From: a virus | Lineage: Duplodnaviria; Caudoviricetes | Length of the DNA stretch: 62,873 bases | IMG/VR virus record: IMGVR_UViG_3300009154_000059 | Coordinates: 1 to 62,873 of that record | Direction: 5' to 3' (one strand) | In this document: positions 47,898 to 56,056 of the stretch, one piece after another | Position numbering within the stretch: position 1 is the stretch's first letter | Layout of the letters: every line of letters begins with the position of its first letter | Notes under the pieces: model-generated | What the model was told of the DNA's origin: nothing | The model's input: the letters and a program-made list of their open reading frames with translations, nothing else | The model's database searches: none | Made by a program: the position numbers and the translations under genes

Positions 47898-48174
47898 GGC
47901 TATTAAATATTTCGTTGTTTTGTTCTTCTGTTAATTCCTCTTTCCATTTTTCTTTAGGGCAAGAAGAAGAAAGGGATTTTGTTTTTGTTATTAAAGGACA
48001 TCCACAAGATGTACAATGTTCATCCTTTCTCATTGTATTATGTTTGCTAGAATGAAAAGGACATTCTCTACATATAGAAAGTCTATAATTAGACACCTCT
48101 TCTATCTTCTCTTTTAGTTTTTCTGAAGGGAGTAAATGATTTTTCCACCCTTCATATATATGAAATAAATTCAT
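47890..48174 (-). CDS. Small Cys-rich Zn-binding protein
   Basis: RLSICRECP..CTSCGCPL..KTK..SCPKEKW. Confidence 0.75.
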   Translation of the reverse strand: MNLFHIYEGWKNHLLPSEKLKEKIEEVSNYRLSICRECPFHSSKHNTMRKDEHCTSCGCPLITKTKSLSSSCPKEKWKEELTEEQNNEIFNSHG

Positions 48175-48506
48175 AGTAATTTTGGTTTTAATATTTCTAT
48201 TTCTTTTTTTACAGAATCTAGTTTTTTATTTAATGTATTTAATTCTTTTTCTTCTGTAACTTCAGGGAGTCTATTATTATAACTCTCTAATATATTTAAA
48301 TATTTAGCATATAATTTATTTGCTCTAGCTTGAGAAAATTTAAACTTTCCAAATCCAGAAATCTCTACACTATTATACTTAACCATAGCCTCCACTAAAC
48401 TAGAAAATTGATGAACTATAACTTGATCAATAATATGCTCTGAATATTTATCTGAAGCTATTTTAGAAACCAAAAACTCTCTAACAGATTTATTATTGGG
48501 AATCAT
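48171..48506 (-). CDS. HU/IHF-like DNA-binding protein
   Basis: Helix followed by NSVEISGFGKFKF, the HU family signature. Confidence 0.65.
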   Translation of the reverse strand: MIPNNKSVREFLVSKIASDKYSEHIIDQVIVHQFSSLVEAMVKYNSVEISGFGKFKFSQARANKLYAKYLNILESYNNRLPEVTEEKELNTLNKKLDSVKKEIEILKPKLL

Positions 48507-48837
48507 GTAATAATGTAATTACTAAAGAAACATCTTTTTTAAAATTAAGAGAAAGAAGAGGATTGATTTTTATTTTCCCATCCATCTTAACTAACACCTT
48601 AACCTTTTTAAGCTTTGAAATCATATTATTAATAGTGGGAATAGAACTATTATATAAAGAACAAAACTCCTCTTTCAAATGCTTATAAGAAATATTTCCA
48701 TGTAAAGCTGTATAAGCTACTAATTGTATTTCTCTCTCTGTCATTCCCAAATCATTAATAGTAGATATAATACTAAAATATCTCTCAGCTATTTTAAAAT
48801 CCTCTTTAAACTTTTGGTTTATCTTCTGAACTAACAT
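48493..48837 (-). CDS. Winged-helix DNA-binding protein
   Basis: MTEREIQLV..SIPTINNMISKLKKVKVLVK..KIKINP wHTH pattern; first gene of the operon. Confidence 0.65.
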   Translation of the reverse strand: MLVQKINQKFKEDFKIAERYFSIISTINDLGMTEREIQLVAYTALHGNISYKHLKEEFCSLYNSSIPTINNMISKLKKVKVLVKMDGKIKINPLLSLNFKKDVSLVITLLHDSQ

Positions 48838-48851
48838 GTAATTATTTTTTA

Positions 48852-48859
48852 CAAATGTA
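48852..48859 (-). promoter_or_regulatory. Bacteroidota -7 element TACATTTG heading the packaging/structural operon
   Basis: Exact TAnnTTTG, 14 nt upstream of ATG 48837. Confidence 0.6.
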
Positions 48860-49001
48860 TAAATAATATTTTATATAACATATATATAAAATAAAAATTA
48901 TTATATCCCCTAATAATACACCCCACCCACCCTCCAAAATTAGTACATATTTTTTACATAAAAAAATTTTTTTATTTTTATATACTACTTTATACACATA
49001 A

Positions 49002-49043
49002 CCCCCTATACAATAATATAATTATAAGACTCCCCCTATACAA
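49002..49043. repeat. 12 bp direct repeat CCCCCTATACAA x2
   Basis: Copies at 49002-49013 and 49032-49043. Confidence 0.75.
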
Positions 49044-49137
49044 ATTATTTGGGATTGTTTTTGTTGTGTAGAATTTTATTTTTAAAAATTTTTTATGTAG
49101 AAAGGATCTTTGGGGTATGCAACATATACATACCCAA

Positions 49138-49998
49138 CTATGTTATTCTTTTAAAATAACATCCCCTATGTTTATATTTACCATATTCATTATTAATACA
49201 TTTAATAATTTTAGCTTTTAAAAAATATTTAGAAGCCTCTTGTATAGAAGAATAAACCCTTTCTTCTTTTTTCTTTATATCATAAACTAATACTTTTGAT
49301 CTTTTTATATTTCTTTTTTCATAAGGAATAATATCTTCTAGATTTTTTTTAATATATTTTTTATAGTTGTAATCTTTCCAAGTTTTTCTTTTTTCTTTAA
49401 GAACTCTTTTAGTAAAATTAATATAATCAAAATTTGGATTATAATTTTCTTCTTTTATAATTAACCAACTTTTAAAAGATTTTCTAACTTTTTGTAAATC
49501 ATTAGTCCAATAAGAGCAATAATCTGATATTTTATTTATAGGACATTTTGTTATAACATGCACTTCTTTATAAGATTTTGTTTGTATTATTTCTTTAGTT
49601 ATTGAATTAATAACAACGCAACTAATTTCTTTTTTTAATCCCCTTTCTATCCCATTATTAATACTATTATTTTCAACTGTAATAGACCCTGGCAATACTT
49701 TATTATACCCATAGTCTTTTTCTAATGTTTTAAAAAACATTATCCATTTAGTCTCTATTTGTTCAAATTCTTTATTTGTTAAAGAATTGTCTAAATATTC
49801 TAGCATTGTATATTTAAAATTATCGAAACCATATTTATTAAAAGCACTTTGTAGATGTTGATTTGGGTGTATATTTTTCTTTAAATTAAATCTATGATTT
49901 TGCATCCTTCTAATGCAATTTCTAGAATATCCAATATATCTTTTATTATCAATTAAAGATATTATACTATAAACTCCAGGAACTTTTTTATTTGTCAT
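49138..49998 (-). CDS. Free-standing GIY-YIG homing endonuclease with C-terminal NUMOD1-like HTH repeats
   Basis: GVYSI..RYIGYS..R..H..HPNQHLQ..E..GYN; C-terminal YSSIQEASK. Confidence 0.9.
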   Translation of the reverse strand: MTNKKVPGVYSIISLIDNKRYIGYSRNCIRRMQNHRFNLKKNIHPNQHLQSAFNKYGFDNFKYTMLEYLDNSLTNKEFEQIETKWIMFFKTLEKDYGYNKVLPGSITVENNSINNGIERGLKKEISCVVINSITKEIIQTKSYKEVHVITKCPINKISDYCSYWTNDLQKVRKSFKSWLIIKEENYNPNFDYINFTKRVLKEKRKTWKDYNYKKYIKKNLEDIIPYEKRNIKRSKVLVYDIKKKEERVYSSIQEASKYFLKAKIIKCINNEYGKYKHRGCYFKRIT

Positions 49999-50023
49999 TT
50001 TATTTATTTTTTAAATTATTTTA

Positions 50024-50031
50024 CAAATATA
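50024..50031 (-). promoter_or_regulatory. Bacteroidota -7 element TATATTTG upstream of the GIY-YIG gene
   Basis: Exact TAnnTTTG, 25 nt upstream of ATG 49998. Confidence 0.55.
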
Positions 50032-50260
50032 AGGGATACTTACCTATTTACAAAATAAAATTTTAAAATTTTAAAATCTTTTAAGTAGAAAAGTACTTAG
50101 TCCACAGCTCACCAAGACCCCACACACATTTTGGAGGAGTAGGGTACCTCCCTATGGTTAGCTCTGACAACTAGCAATTGTCATCTTCCCAAAACCCTTT
50201 TTAACATTTGGAGTAAATTAAGCTCAATATATTATTAACAATTTAAAAGTAAAAAAGAAA

Positions 50261-50650
50261 ATGAAAACAAAAACTTTAACAAGTGGAAATTTTAGTGCTA
50301 ATGGTAATTTTAGTGGTTATGATGCACAAGGAGAAAGATGGTTTGTTCACGGTAGAGCAATGGAGGCTTTAGGAATAAAAGCAGACTCTGATTTAAAAGA
50401 TGTTTTTCCATTGTATGCTATGGTAACTGAAAGAGAGATTCAGAGTAGAGATGAAAATGGGGAGTTATCAGATACTATGGTAGTTCGTAAACAAGCTACT
50501 ACAGTATTTAGAACCATTGATGAATTGGTTAAAGCTAAAAATGCTGACATTGCTCTAGAGATTGCAATCAAAGCTGATTTAGAAGCTACAGTTAGTAAAT
50601 CAGGATTGACAGAGGCTTCTGTTAAAGCTCTATTAGAGGCTTCCATCTAA
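50261..50650 (+). CDS. First gene of the rightward arm, hypothetical (129 aa)
   Basis: A-rich leader, good coding composition, followed by its own terminator. Confidence 0.8.
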   Translation: MKTKTLTSGNFSANGNFSGYDAQGERWFVHGRAMEALGIKADSDLKDVFPLYAMVTEREIQSRDENGELSDTMVVRKQATTVFRTIDELVKAKNADIALEIAIKADLEATVSKSGLTEASVKALLEASI

Positions 50651-50661
50651 TATTAAGGAAT

Positions 50662-50697
50662 AAGGAGAGAGTGATTAAGTTTGCTCTCTCTTTTTTA
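50662..50697 (+). terminator. Intrinsic terminator
   Basis: AGGAGAGAGTGA..TTGCTCTCTCTT followed by a T-run. Confidence 0.8.
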
Positions 50698-50699
50698 TT

Positions 50700-51075
50700 C
50701 TATATATATGGGTGGGATTTATCCTTAAATCTATAGGGTGGGAAATACTATATCTTTTTATACATATATATATATAGGTATAGAATTTATCTTTTTATAC
50801 CTATATATTATATACTAATATTTATACCTATATATAGGAGTAAATATGTATATATATATAGGAGAATATTAAATTCTTACAAAATTGAGAATTTATTGTT
50901 TATCTGTATAGGTGGAAAAGTATATAAAATTGTATTTTTCAAGAAGTATTCTTACAAAAACTGTTAAAATATTCTTTAGAAATTCTTACAAAATAAATAA
51001 ATGTATTTATATCTATATATAAGAGTAATCTAATAGCATACAAAAATGTATGCAAAAGATACAAAAATGTATATA
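50700..51075. repeat. AT-rich repeat cluster, candidate replication origin
   Basis: ATTCTTACAAAA x3 (50873, 50948, 50982), ATACAAAAATGTAT x2 (51038, 51059), GGGTGGGA x2, inverted repeat ATATAGGTATA/TATACCTATAT and (TA)n tracts; no ORF. Confidence 0.5.
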
Positions 51076-51325
51076 GTGAGGTTTTGAGCCTATATAATAT
51101 AAACATATATATTAAGGAGAATACAAATTAATAGTAATATGGAATATATTCAAATAAATTTATCTAAATTGAGTGTAACTTATTGATTTTGTGGAGATAA
51201 TGATGGTAGTATAACACACTATTCCTTCTAAATAGCCTTACATCTTTCCTAAATATCCTTAGATTATTCCTCATTAATTATAGCATTATCCTTAACAAAC
51301 TAACAAACTAACATTTATATATATT

Positions 51326-51565
51326 ATGACTATACCTATTAATGATAATCTATATTCTGGAGATTGTGGATTATGGTATGATGTTATTAAACTAGAGAAT
51401 AATAAAACAATACATTGTGTATGTCCTTATTCTGAGTGTAAATCTTTTGATGATGCTATAGAGTATTATTTTAAGAATTTTCATAGAGAGAATAGTTTTC
51501 CTATTGTTGTAGAGCATCATAAAATATCAAAGAAATCATTAGAAGCACTAGCATTAGCATGTTAA
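51326..51565 (+). CDS. Hypothetical early protein
   Basis: 79 aa, ATT-ATG start context. Confidence 0.65.
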   Translation: MTIPINDNLYSGDCGLWYDVIKLENNKTIHCVCPYSECKSFDDAIEYYFKNFHRENSFPIVVEHHKISKKSLEALALAC

Positions 51566-51608
51566 AATAACAACACAATTATTAACTAATTAAAAAATTA
51601 ACAACATT

Positions 51609-51857
51609 ATGAAAACTATTAAAGTATTAGTAGAAATTAAAGTAGATGAAGAAAATATAACAGAATTATATCCTAATTATAGTATTAATTATGATGATGT
51701 TGATACATTTATTGAGTCTATTATTAATGATTTAGAAACTCCTATGGAGGAAGATGGTTTACCAACTGATTATTTAAAAGAGTTTGGTTATTCTGTTAGA
51801 GTTTTATCAAGAGAAGATGCTAAACTATTAGATATTGATCTTTTAAATAACAATTAA
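51609..51857 (+). CDS. Hypothetical acidic early protein
   Basis: 82 aa, Asp/Glu-rich. Confidence 0.7.
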   Translation: MKTIKVLVEIKVDEENITELYPNYSINYDDVDTFIESIINDLETPMEEDGLPTDYLKEFGYSVRVLSREDAKLLDIDLLNNN

Positions 51858-51870
51858 AATCATAAACATT

Positions 51871-52101
51871 ATGAATCAAGTTACAATAAGTATAACATCT
51901 CTATTGATGTATATATTTGGGTTTATTATTATATACTGTCTTGTGTATAAACAATATACAAAAGAAGACTCGGAGTCTTGGAAAAAAGAGAATAAATTAG
52001 GTCTTTTTGTATTTTGTGCTCTTGCTTCTTTAGGTATATTAATTATAATTACAGGATTTATAGAGATATTATTAACAACAAAGTTTATATTTACATTATG
52101 A
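51871..52101 (+). CDS. Small membrane protein (2 TM)
   Basis: Two hydrophobic segments. Confidence 0.65.
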   Translation: MNQVTISITSLLMYIFGFIIIYCLVYKQYTKEDSESWKKENKLGLFVFCALASLGILIIITGFIEILLTTKFIFTL

Positions 52102-52400
52102 AAACAATGTATATTCTTATACCACTTAGTTTTATTATTGCTTTTTTACTTACATTATTATACAAATATATAGATTCTAATTTTTCAGATAAAGGTAGAT
52201 TGATTATATATTCTAGTATATGTTTTATATTAATTATAGTATTAATAGTTTTAATATCAAAACTTAAAATTAAAAAGTATGACTATAAACTCAATCTAAG
52301 AAAAGATTATAGAGTAGAGCTTATAGACTCTGATAATAATATCATACAGACAACAACATTAGATAGTATTCCTTATTATATTAATCAAGATAATAAATAA
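52098..52400 (+). CDS. Small membrane protein (2 TM plus soluble tail)
   Basis: Probable start MKTMYIL at 52098 (ATGA overlap with the previous stop). Confidence 0.65.
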   Translation: MKTMYILIPLSFIIAFLLTLLYKYIDSNFSDKGRLIIYSSICFILIIVLIVLISKLKIKKYDYKLNLRKDYRVELIDSDNNIIQTTTLDSIPYYINQDNK

Positions 52401-52406
52401 AACATT

Positions 52407-52523
52407 ATGATAACATTATGTATTCTTCCTAATTTTAGAGGAACAAGAAGAGAACATTGTAAAGCATTATTAATCTGTATAGGATTAGATATGTTATATA
52501 TTGTTCCATTATTATTAACATAG
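52407..52523 (+). CDS. Unlisted 38 aa hydrophobic peptide
   Basis: AACATT-ATG context; MITLCILPNFRGTRREHCKALLICIGLDMLYIVPLLLT. Confidence 0.5.
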   Translation: MITLCILPNFRGTRREHCKALLICIGLDMLYIVPLLLT

Positions 52524-52594
52524 AGAGAATTATTATTATATTTTCTTTAAATTTGTGACAACAATATTATAGCATTAACTAATTTTTTACAATT

Positions 52595-52771
52595 ATGAAC
52601 ACATTATATATTATTATATTTATTGTATTATTCTTTTGTTTATGGAGAATAATATATTTAGGATTGAGAAAATATCCTATAGCTAATGTTACAACAGATT
52701 TAGTTCTCTCTTTCTGTTATACATTAGTAATGTATTTTTTAACAACATTATTAGCATTATTTATTAACTAA
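52595..52771 (+). CDS. Unlisted 58 aa membrane protein (2 TM)
   Basis: ACAATT-ATG context; MNTLYIIIFIVLFFCLWRII...LLALFIN. Confidence 0.6.
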   Translation: MNTLYIIIFIVLFFCLWRIIYLGLRKYPIANVTTDLVLSFCYTLVMYFLTTLLALFIN

Positions 52772-52883
52772 CATTATTTTAACAAGTCCTAGAACATCAG
52801 GATGTAGTACATATATGACTTCAAAATATAAAGGGTTTCTTAGAAAGAATAACTACTTAAAATAATTTAACAATTTAACAATT

Positions 52884-52970
52884 ATGAAATACATATTTAT
52901 ATGGATTGTATATGAGTTTGTAAGGAGTAAAATAATAAAACTAATCTATTATATATTAAATAAAAACTAA
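52884..52970 (+). CDS. Unlisted 28 aa amphipathic peptide
   Basis: ACAATT-ATG context; MKYIFIWIVYEFVRSKIIKLIYYILNKN. Confidence 0.45.
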   Translation: MKYIFIWIVYEFVRSKIIKLIYYILNKN

Positions 52971-53060
52971 TTATGAAAAAACCAGAAAAAATAATTATTG
53001 TATGTGCTATTGTATATACAATATGTATATTGTCTTATATTAATTATAACTTTTGATATT

Positions 53061-53204
53061 ATGCTAACTATAGAGTATCAAATCATATATTGTAATCTTA
53101 TAATAGATAGACAATATACAATAAAAGAACACGAGGATATGTTAAATACATATAATACAATATATCCTGGACAATTAAAAACTAAAATAATAAATTTATG
53201 TTAG
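53061..53204 (+). CDS. Hypothetical protein (probable start 53061)
   Basis: ATG start within track ORF 52998..53204, just after a short 52973-53056 ORF. Confidence 0.45.
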   Translation: MLTIEYQIIYCNLIIDRQYTIKEHEDMLNTYNTIYPGQLKTKIINLC

Positions 53205-53398
53205 TAATTTATTTTTTGTCTATTTTAATTAGTAGACAGTTGTGTTTGTTGTTAGTGAATGAGCAGAGAGTGAAAGCTCTCTGTTTTATTCCAATAATAA
53301 ACTTATATTATGTATTAATAATTTATTCTAAACTCTTAATTAAAAAATATGAACAGCAACATTCACAATGTACAAGAAATGGTATTAATTATGTATAA
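53198..53398 (+). CDS. Small membrane protein
   Basis: Hydrophobic, with a FIPIINLY motif. Confidence 0.5.
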   Translation: MLVIYFLSILISRQLCLLLVNEQRVKALCFIPIINLYYVLIIYSKLLIKKYEQQHSQCTRNGINYV

Positions 53399-53516
53399 TG
53401 TATTACCAGAAGAAGCCTCTTTAGAGCAAATATTAGAAGCTACAAGAGCTTTAATTAAAGAAGAGGATGTTATTCCTCATAGAAGAAAAACAATTGATTG
53501 GGAGGACTTAATTTAA
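53349..53516 (+). CDS. Unlisted 55 aa protein
   Basis: MNSNIHNVQEMVLIMYNVLPEEASLEQ...IDWEDLI. Confidence 0.6.
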   Translation: MNSNIHNVQEMVLIMYNVLPEEASLEQILEATRALIKEEDVIPHRRKTIDWEDLI

Positions 53517-53528
53517 AAAATAATAATT

Positions 53529-53774
53529 ATGAAAAAAATAAAAATAGCAATAGTAAACTTTTTAACTCCACAACCTGAAATAAAAGAGGATTATGTGGAT
53601 AAAGTAGTTTATCTATTAAGAAGAGATTTTACAACTACAGAGCAAAATGAAATTGTAATATCTATTACAAAAAAGTTAGCAGATTTAAGAGAACAAGATA
53701 TGACTAGAATGTCAAAAGAATATGAACTCTTACAAAATGATCATTTAACTCTTAAACAAGCAATATTATGTTAG
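53529..53774 (+). CDS. Hypothetical protein
   Basis: 81 aa, helical. Confidence 0.7.
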   Translation: MKKIKIAIVNFLTPQPEIKEDYVDKVVYLLRRDFTTTEQNEIVISITKKLADLREQDMTRMSKEYELLQNDHLTLKQAILC

Positions 53775-53932
53775 AATATTGTATAGTTTGTTATCTTGTA
53801 GCATTTGGAATTTTACTAAATGAACATGAAGAATTACATCAATGGACAAACAATGACATTATATGTTTTATATTTGCTCCTTTTTGTATTCCTGTTATAT
53901 TTGGAATGTATTTAAATGATAAAAAGAAATGA
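53768..53932 (+). CDS. Unlisted 54 aa membrane protein
   Basis: MLEYCIVCYLVAFGILL...FIFAPFCIPVIFGMYL. Confidence 0.6.
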   Translation: MLEYCIVCYLVAFGILLNEHEELHQWTNNDIICFIFAPFCIPVIFGMYLNDKKK

Positions 53933-54079
53933 GAAAAAGAATCCCAGCTAAAATAGTTGTTGGGCAATTAGTAGGCTCCACAAACCCTGTGCAATTATCT
54001 TGTATCAGGGTTTTACACATTGAACATCATTATAATTATACAAATTATAATAGAATAAAAAGATTAGTTAACCATAATA

Positions 54080-55291
54080 ATGACAATTATGAAATTTCAA
54101 AATAGAAAAATATGGATAGGAGATAATCCTGATCTATGTAAAAAAGTACAAGAAAAGTTATTTGAATTAGGATGTAAATGGTATAATGGAAAAATAGTAG
54201 ATTTAAAAGCTGTTGTTTTATTCCTTGATGATACTGGTACTTTAACTTTACATAGTAGTCGTGATAAAGATTACTATGTAGGGCATCCTAATCATGAACT
54301 AACACTAGAAGAACTAGGAATAGAAGAAGAAAAAACAGAGTTTGTTGTTGGTAAATGGTACAAGTATAGAGATTGGTATATTAAATATCAAGAAACTAAT
54401 AACAATGGTATTTTTATATCTTCAGAAAAAATTGATAATGACAAAAGATATTATAAAGCTTTTGGTAAATTTGGAGATGATGATTCAAATAAAATATTAT
54501 TAACAGATCTTTCAGAAATTCAAGAATATTTACCTTTAGGACATCCTGATTTAATACTTAAAGAAGAAGAAGATTTAACAGGTAGATATATTAAAGCTCT
54601 TGTTGATAAACCTGATGGAGGAAGTGTTTTAGAAGGAGAAGTAGGTTTAATTACTAGTGAAGAAGATTATATTTATGTAGACTTTTCATCACAAAATTGT
54701 TATGCTATTAGAAAAGAAAACATTGGTTATAGATATGAACTTCTTCCTAAAGATTATTCTCCTGAAGATAGTAGTATACCTGAATATGTAGAGTGTATAA
54801 CAGATGAATTTATTCTTATAGATTTAGGTAAAATTTATGAAACACAACCCAACTCAACTGATACAAGTTATCTCTTGAAAAAAACAGGTGGAAATTGTTA
54901 TAGTCCAGAACATTTTAAACCATCTACTAAAGAGGCATATGAACAACAAAATTCTAAATCAGATATGAAAGCTATTCAAAAAGAATGTAAAAGAAGATTT
55001 CCTATAGGTTGTAAGTATAAAGTTGTAGGATTTAAATATGAATCCATTTTAATAAATGATCATGTTACATATTCTATCCATGGAGATGAAATATACACTC
55101 ATAATGGAGGAGGATGTTTGTATTTAAATGGAGAATATGCAGAATTAGTATCTTTACCTAAAATAACAGAATCATATAATCCTTCATTATCTGAAGAAAA
55201 AGAAACTAAGAAACCATTAATAGAAAAAGTACGGACTATTAATGTTAAACTACGTACAAAAACTAATATTAACACATTAAAATTAAATTAA
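54080..55291 (+). CDS. Modular hypothetical protein (string of small beta domains)
   Basis: 403 aa; several SH3-like units (FVVGKWYKY, LTGRYIKAL, IPEYVECI, RFPIGCKYK) separated by acidic linkers. Confidence 0.7.
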   Translation: MTIMKFQNRKIWIGDNPDLCKKVQEKLFELGCKWYNGKIVDLKAVVLFLDDTGTLTLHSSRDKDYYVGHPNHELTLEELGIEEEKTEFVVGKWYKYRDWYIKYQETNNNGIFISSEKIDNDKRYYKAFGKFGDDDSNKILLTDLSEIQEYLPLGHPDLILKEEEDLTGRYIKALVDKPDGGSVLEGEVGLITSEEDYIYVDFSSQNCYAIRKENIGYRYELLPKDYSPEDSSIPEYVECITDEFILIDLGKIYETQPNSTDTSYLLKKTGGNCYSPEHFKPSTKEAYEQQNSKSDMKAIQKECKRRFPIGCKYKVVGFKYESILINDHVTYSIHGDEIYTHNGGGCLYLNGEYAELVSLPKITESYNPSLSEEKETKKPLIEKVRTINVKLRTKTNINTLKLN

Positions 55292-55292
55292 A

Positions 55293-55643
55293 ATGTCAGT
55301 AAACAAAGCAAAAAGTTTTATTAAAGAATTTGTAAGCATTATTAAAGGTGATGAAGCTGAAGCAACAGCACAAAAAACATTAAGACAAGCTGATTCAGCT
55401 TTTAAAACTCAAATTGCATCTCTTACAGGAGATACAATATCTCATGAAGATAGAGTGGAAGAAGCTAAAGAAGCTTTAAGGCTTGCTAGATTGAATAATG
55501 GTAAACTTATTCAAGATAGAACAACGTACATTGAGAATCTATTAGAGGCTCAAAACTCCTTAAATGAAGCTGAAGAATCTTTAGCTAATCATAATGCTAC
55601 ATTAGAATTCTTAAAACAACAAGCTTCTTTATTAGAAGACTAA
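55293..55643 (+). CDS. Coiled-coil hypothetical protein
   Basis: 116 aa, heptad-like. Confidence 0.75.
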   Translation: MSVNKAKSFIKEFVSIIKGDEAEATAQKTLRQADSAFKTQIASLTGDTISHEDRVEEAKEALRLARLNNGKLIQDRTTYIENLLEAQNSLNEAEESLANHNATLEFLKQQASLLED

Positions 55644-55664
55644 TAAAAAACCAAATTTTATTAT

Positions 55665-55697
55665 AAAGCTCTGGTATTAATTTATCAGAGCTTTTTT
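55665..55697 (+). terminator. Intrinsic terminator
   Basis: AAAGCTCTGGTA..TATCAGAGCTTT followed by Ts. Confidence 0.8.
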
Positions 55698-55726
55698 ATT
55701 TAACAACAAATACAATAGAAAAAAAA

Positions 55727-55879
55727 ATGAAAACATTAGAATTAGAACCAACAGCATTTGTTTTGTTTAAGCAAAGAGCTCATGAATTTAGAATCTCCTT
55801 TATGTGTGCTCTCCAAAAAGGAATATATAAAATAGAAGCACAAAAAGAAGATTTAGAAAAATTAGGTTATGTTGATTAA
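55727..55879 (+). CDS. Unlisted 50 aa protein
   Basis: A-rich leader; MKTLELEPTAFVLFKQRAHE...KLGYVD; lies between two terminators. Confidence 0.65.
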   Translation: MKTLELEPTAFVLFKQRAHEFRISFMCALQKGIYKIEAQKEDLEKLGYVD

Positions 55880-55887
55880 TTAGTTTG

Positions 55888-55930
55888 AAATTAGCTCTCT
55901 TTATTCATATATTTGAGAGCTAATTTTTTT
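55888..55930 (+). terminator. Intrinsic terminator
   Basis: AATTAGCTCTC..GAGAGCTAATT followed by a T-run. Confidence 0.7.
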
Positions 55931-56056
55931 AAAATTATATTATTATGAAAATAACAAACGAAGAAAAAGATATACTATTATCAGCTCTTTCAAAACTTGA
56001 AGAGTATTATGATGAAAAAGAAAAAATACTTAAAGAATTATAAAAATTTAAAAAAT

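Noticed and set aside
28488-49998. Group I introns or inteins around the three endonucleases, TerL or MCP
   Set aside because: Flanking genes look complete, no intron core or intein C..HN motifs were recognised, and the endonucleases are free-standing.
49081-50095. Possible target-site duplication flanking the second GIY-YIG gene (TTTAAAA..TTTTA.GTAGAAA.G)
   Set aside because: Similarity is mostly low-complexity A/T with several mismatches; not distinguishable from chance by eye.
48900-51300. CRISPR array or tRNA genes in the non-coding region
   Set aside because: Repeats are 12-14 bp, irregularly spaced, at most three copies; the hairpin cluster lacks tRNA T-loop/D-loop consensus.
55997-56056. 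Track N-terminal extensions (exonuclease 55997; also 21125, 52014, 52998)
   Set aside because: They start at TTG/GTG or overlap other genes; downstream ATGs fit operon coupling and domain starts better.
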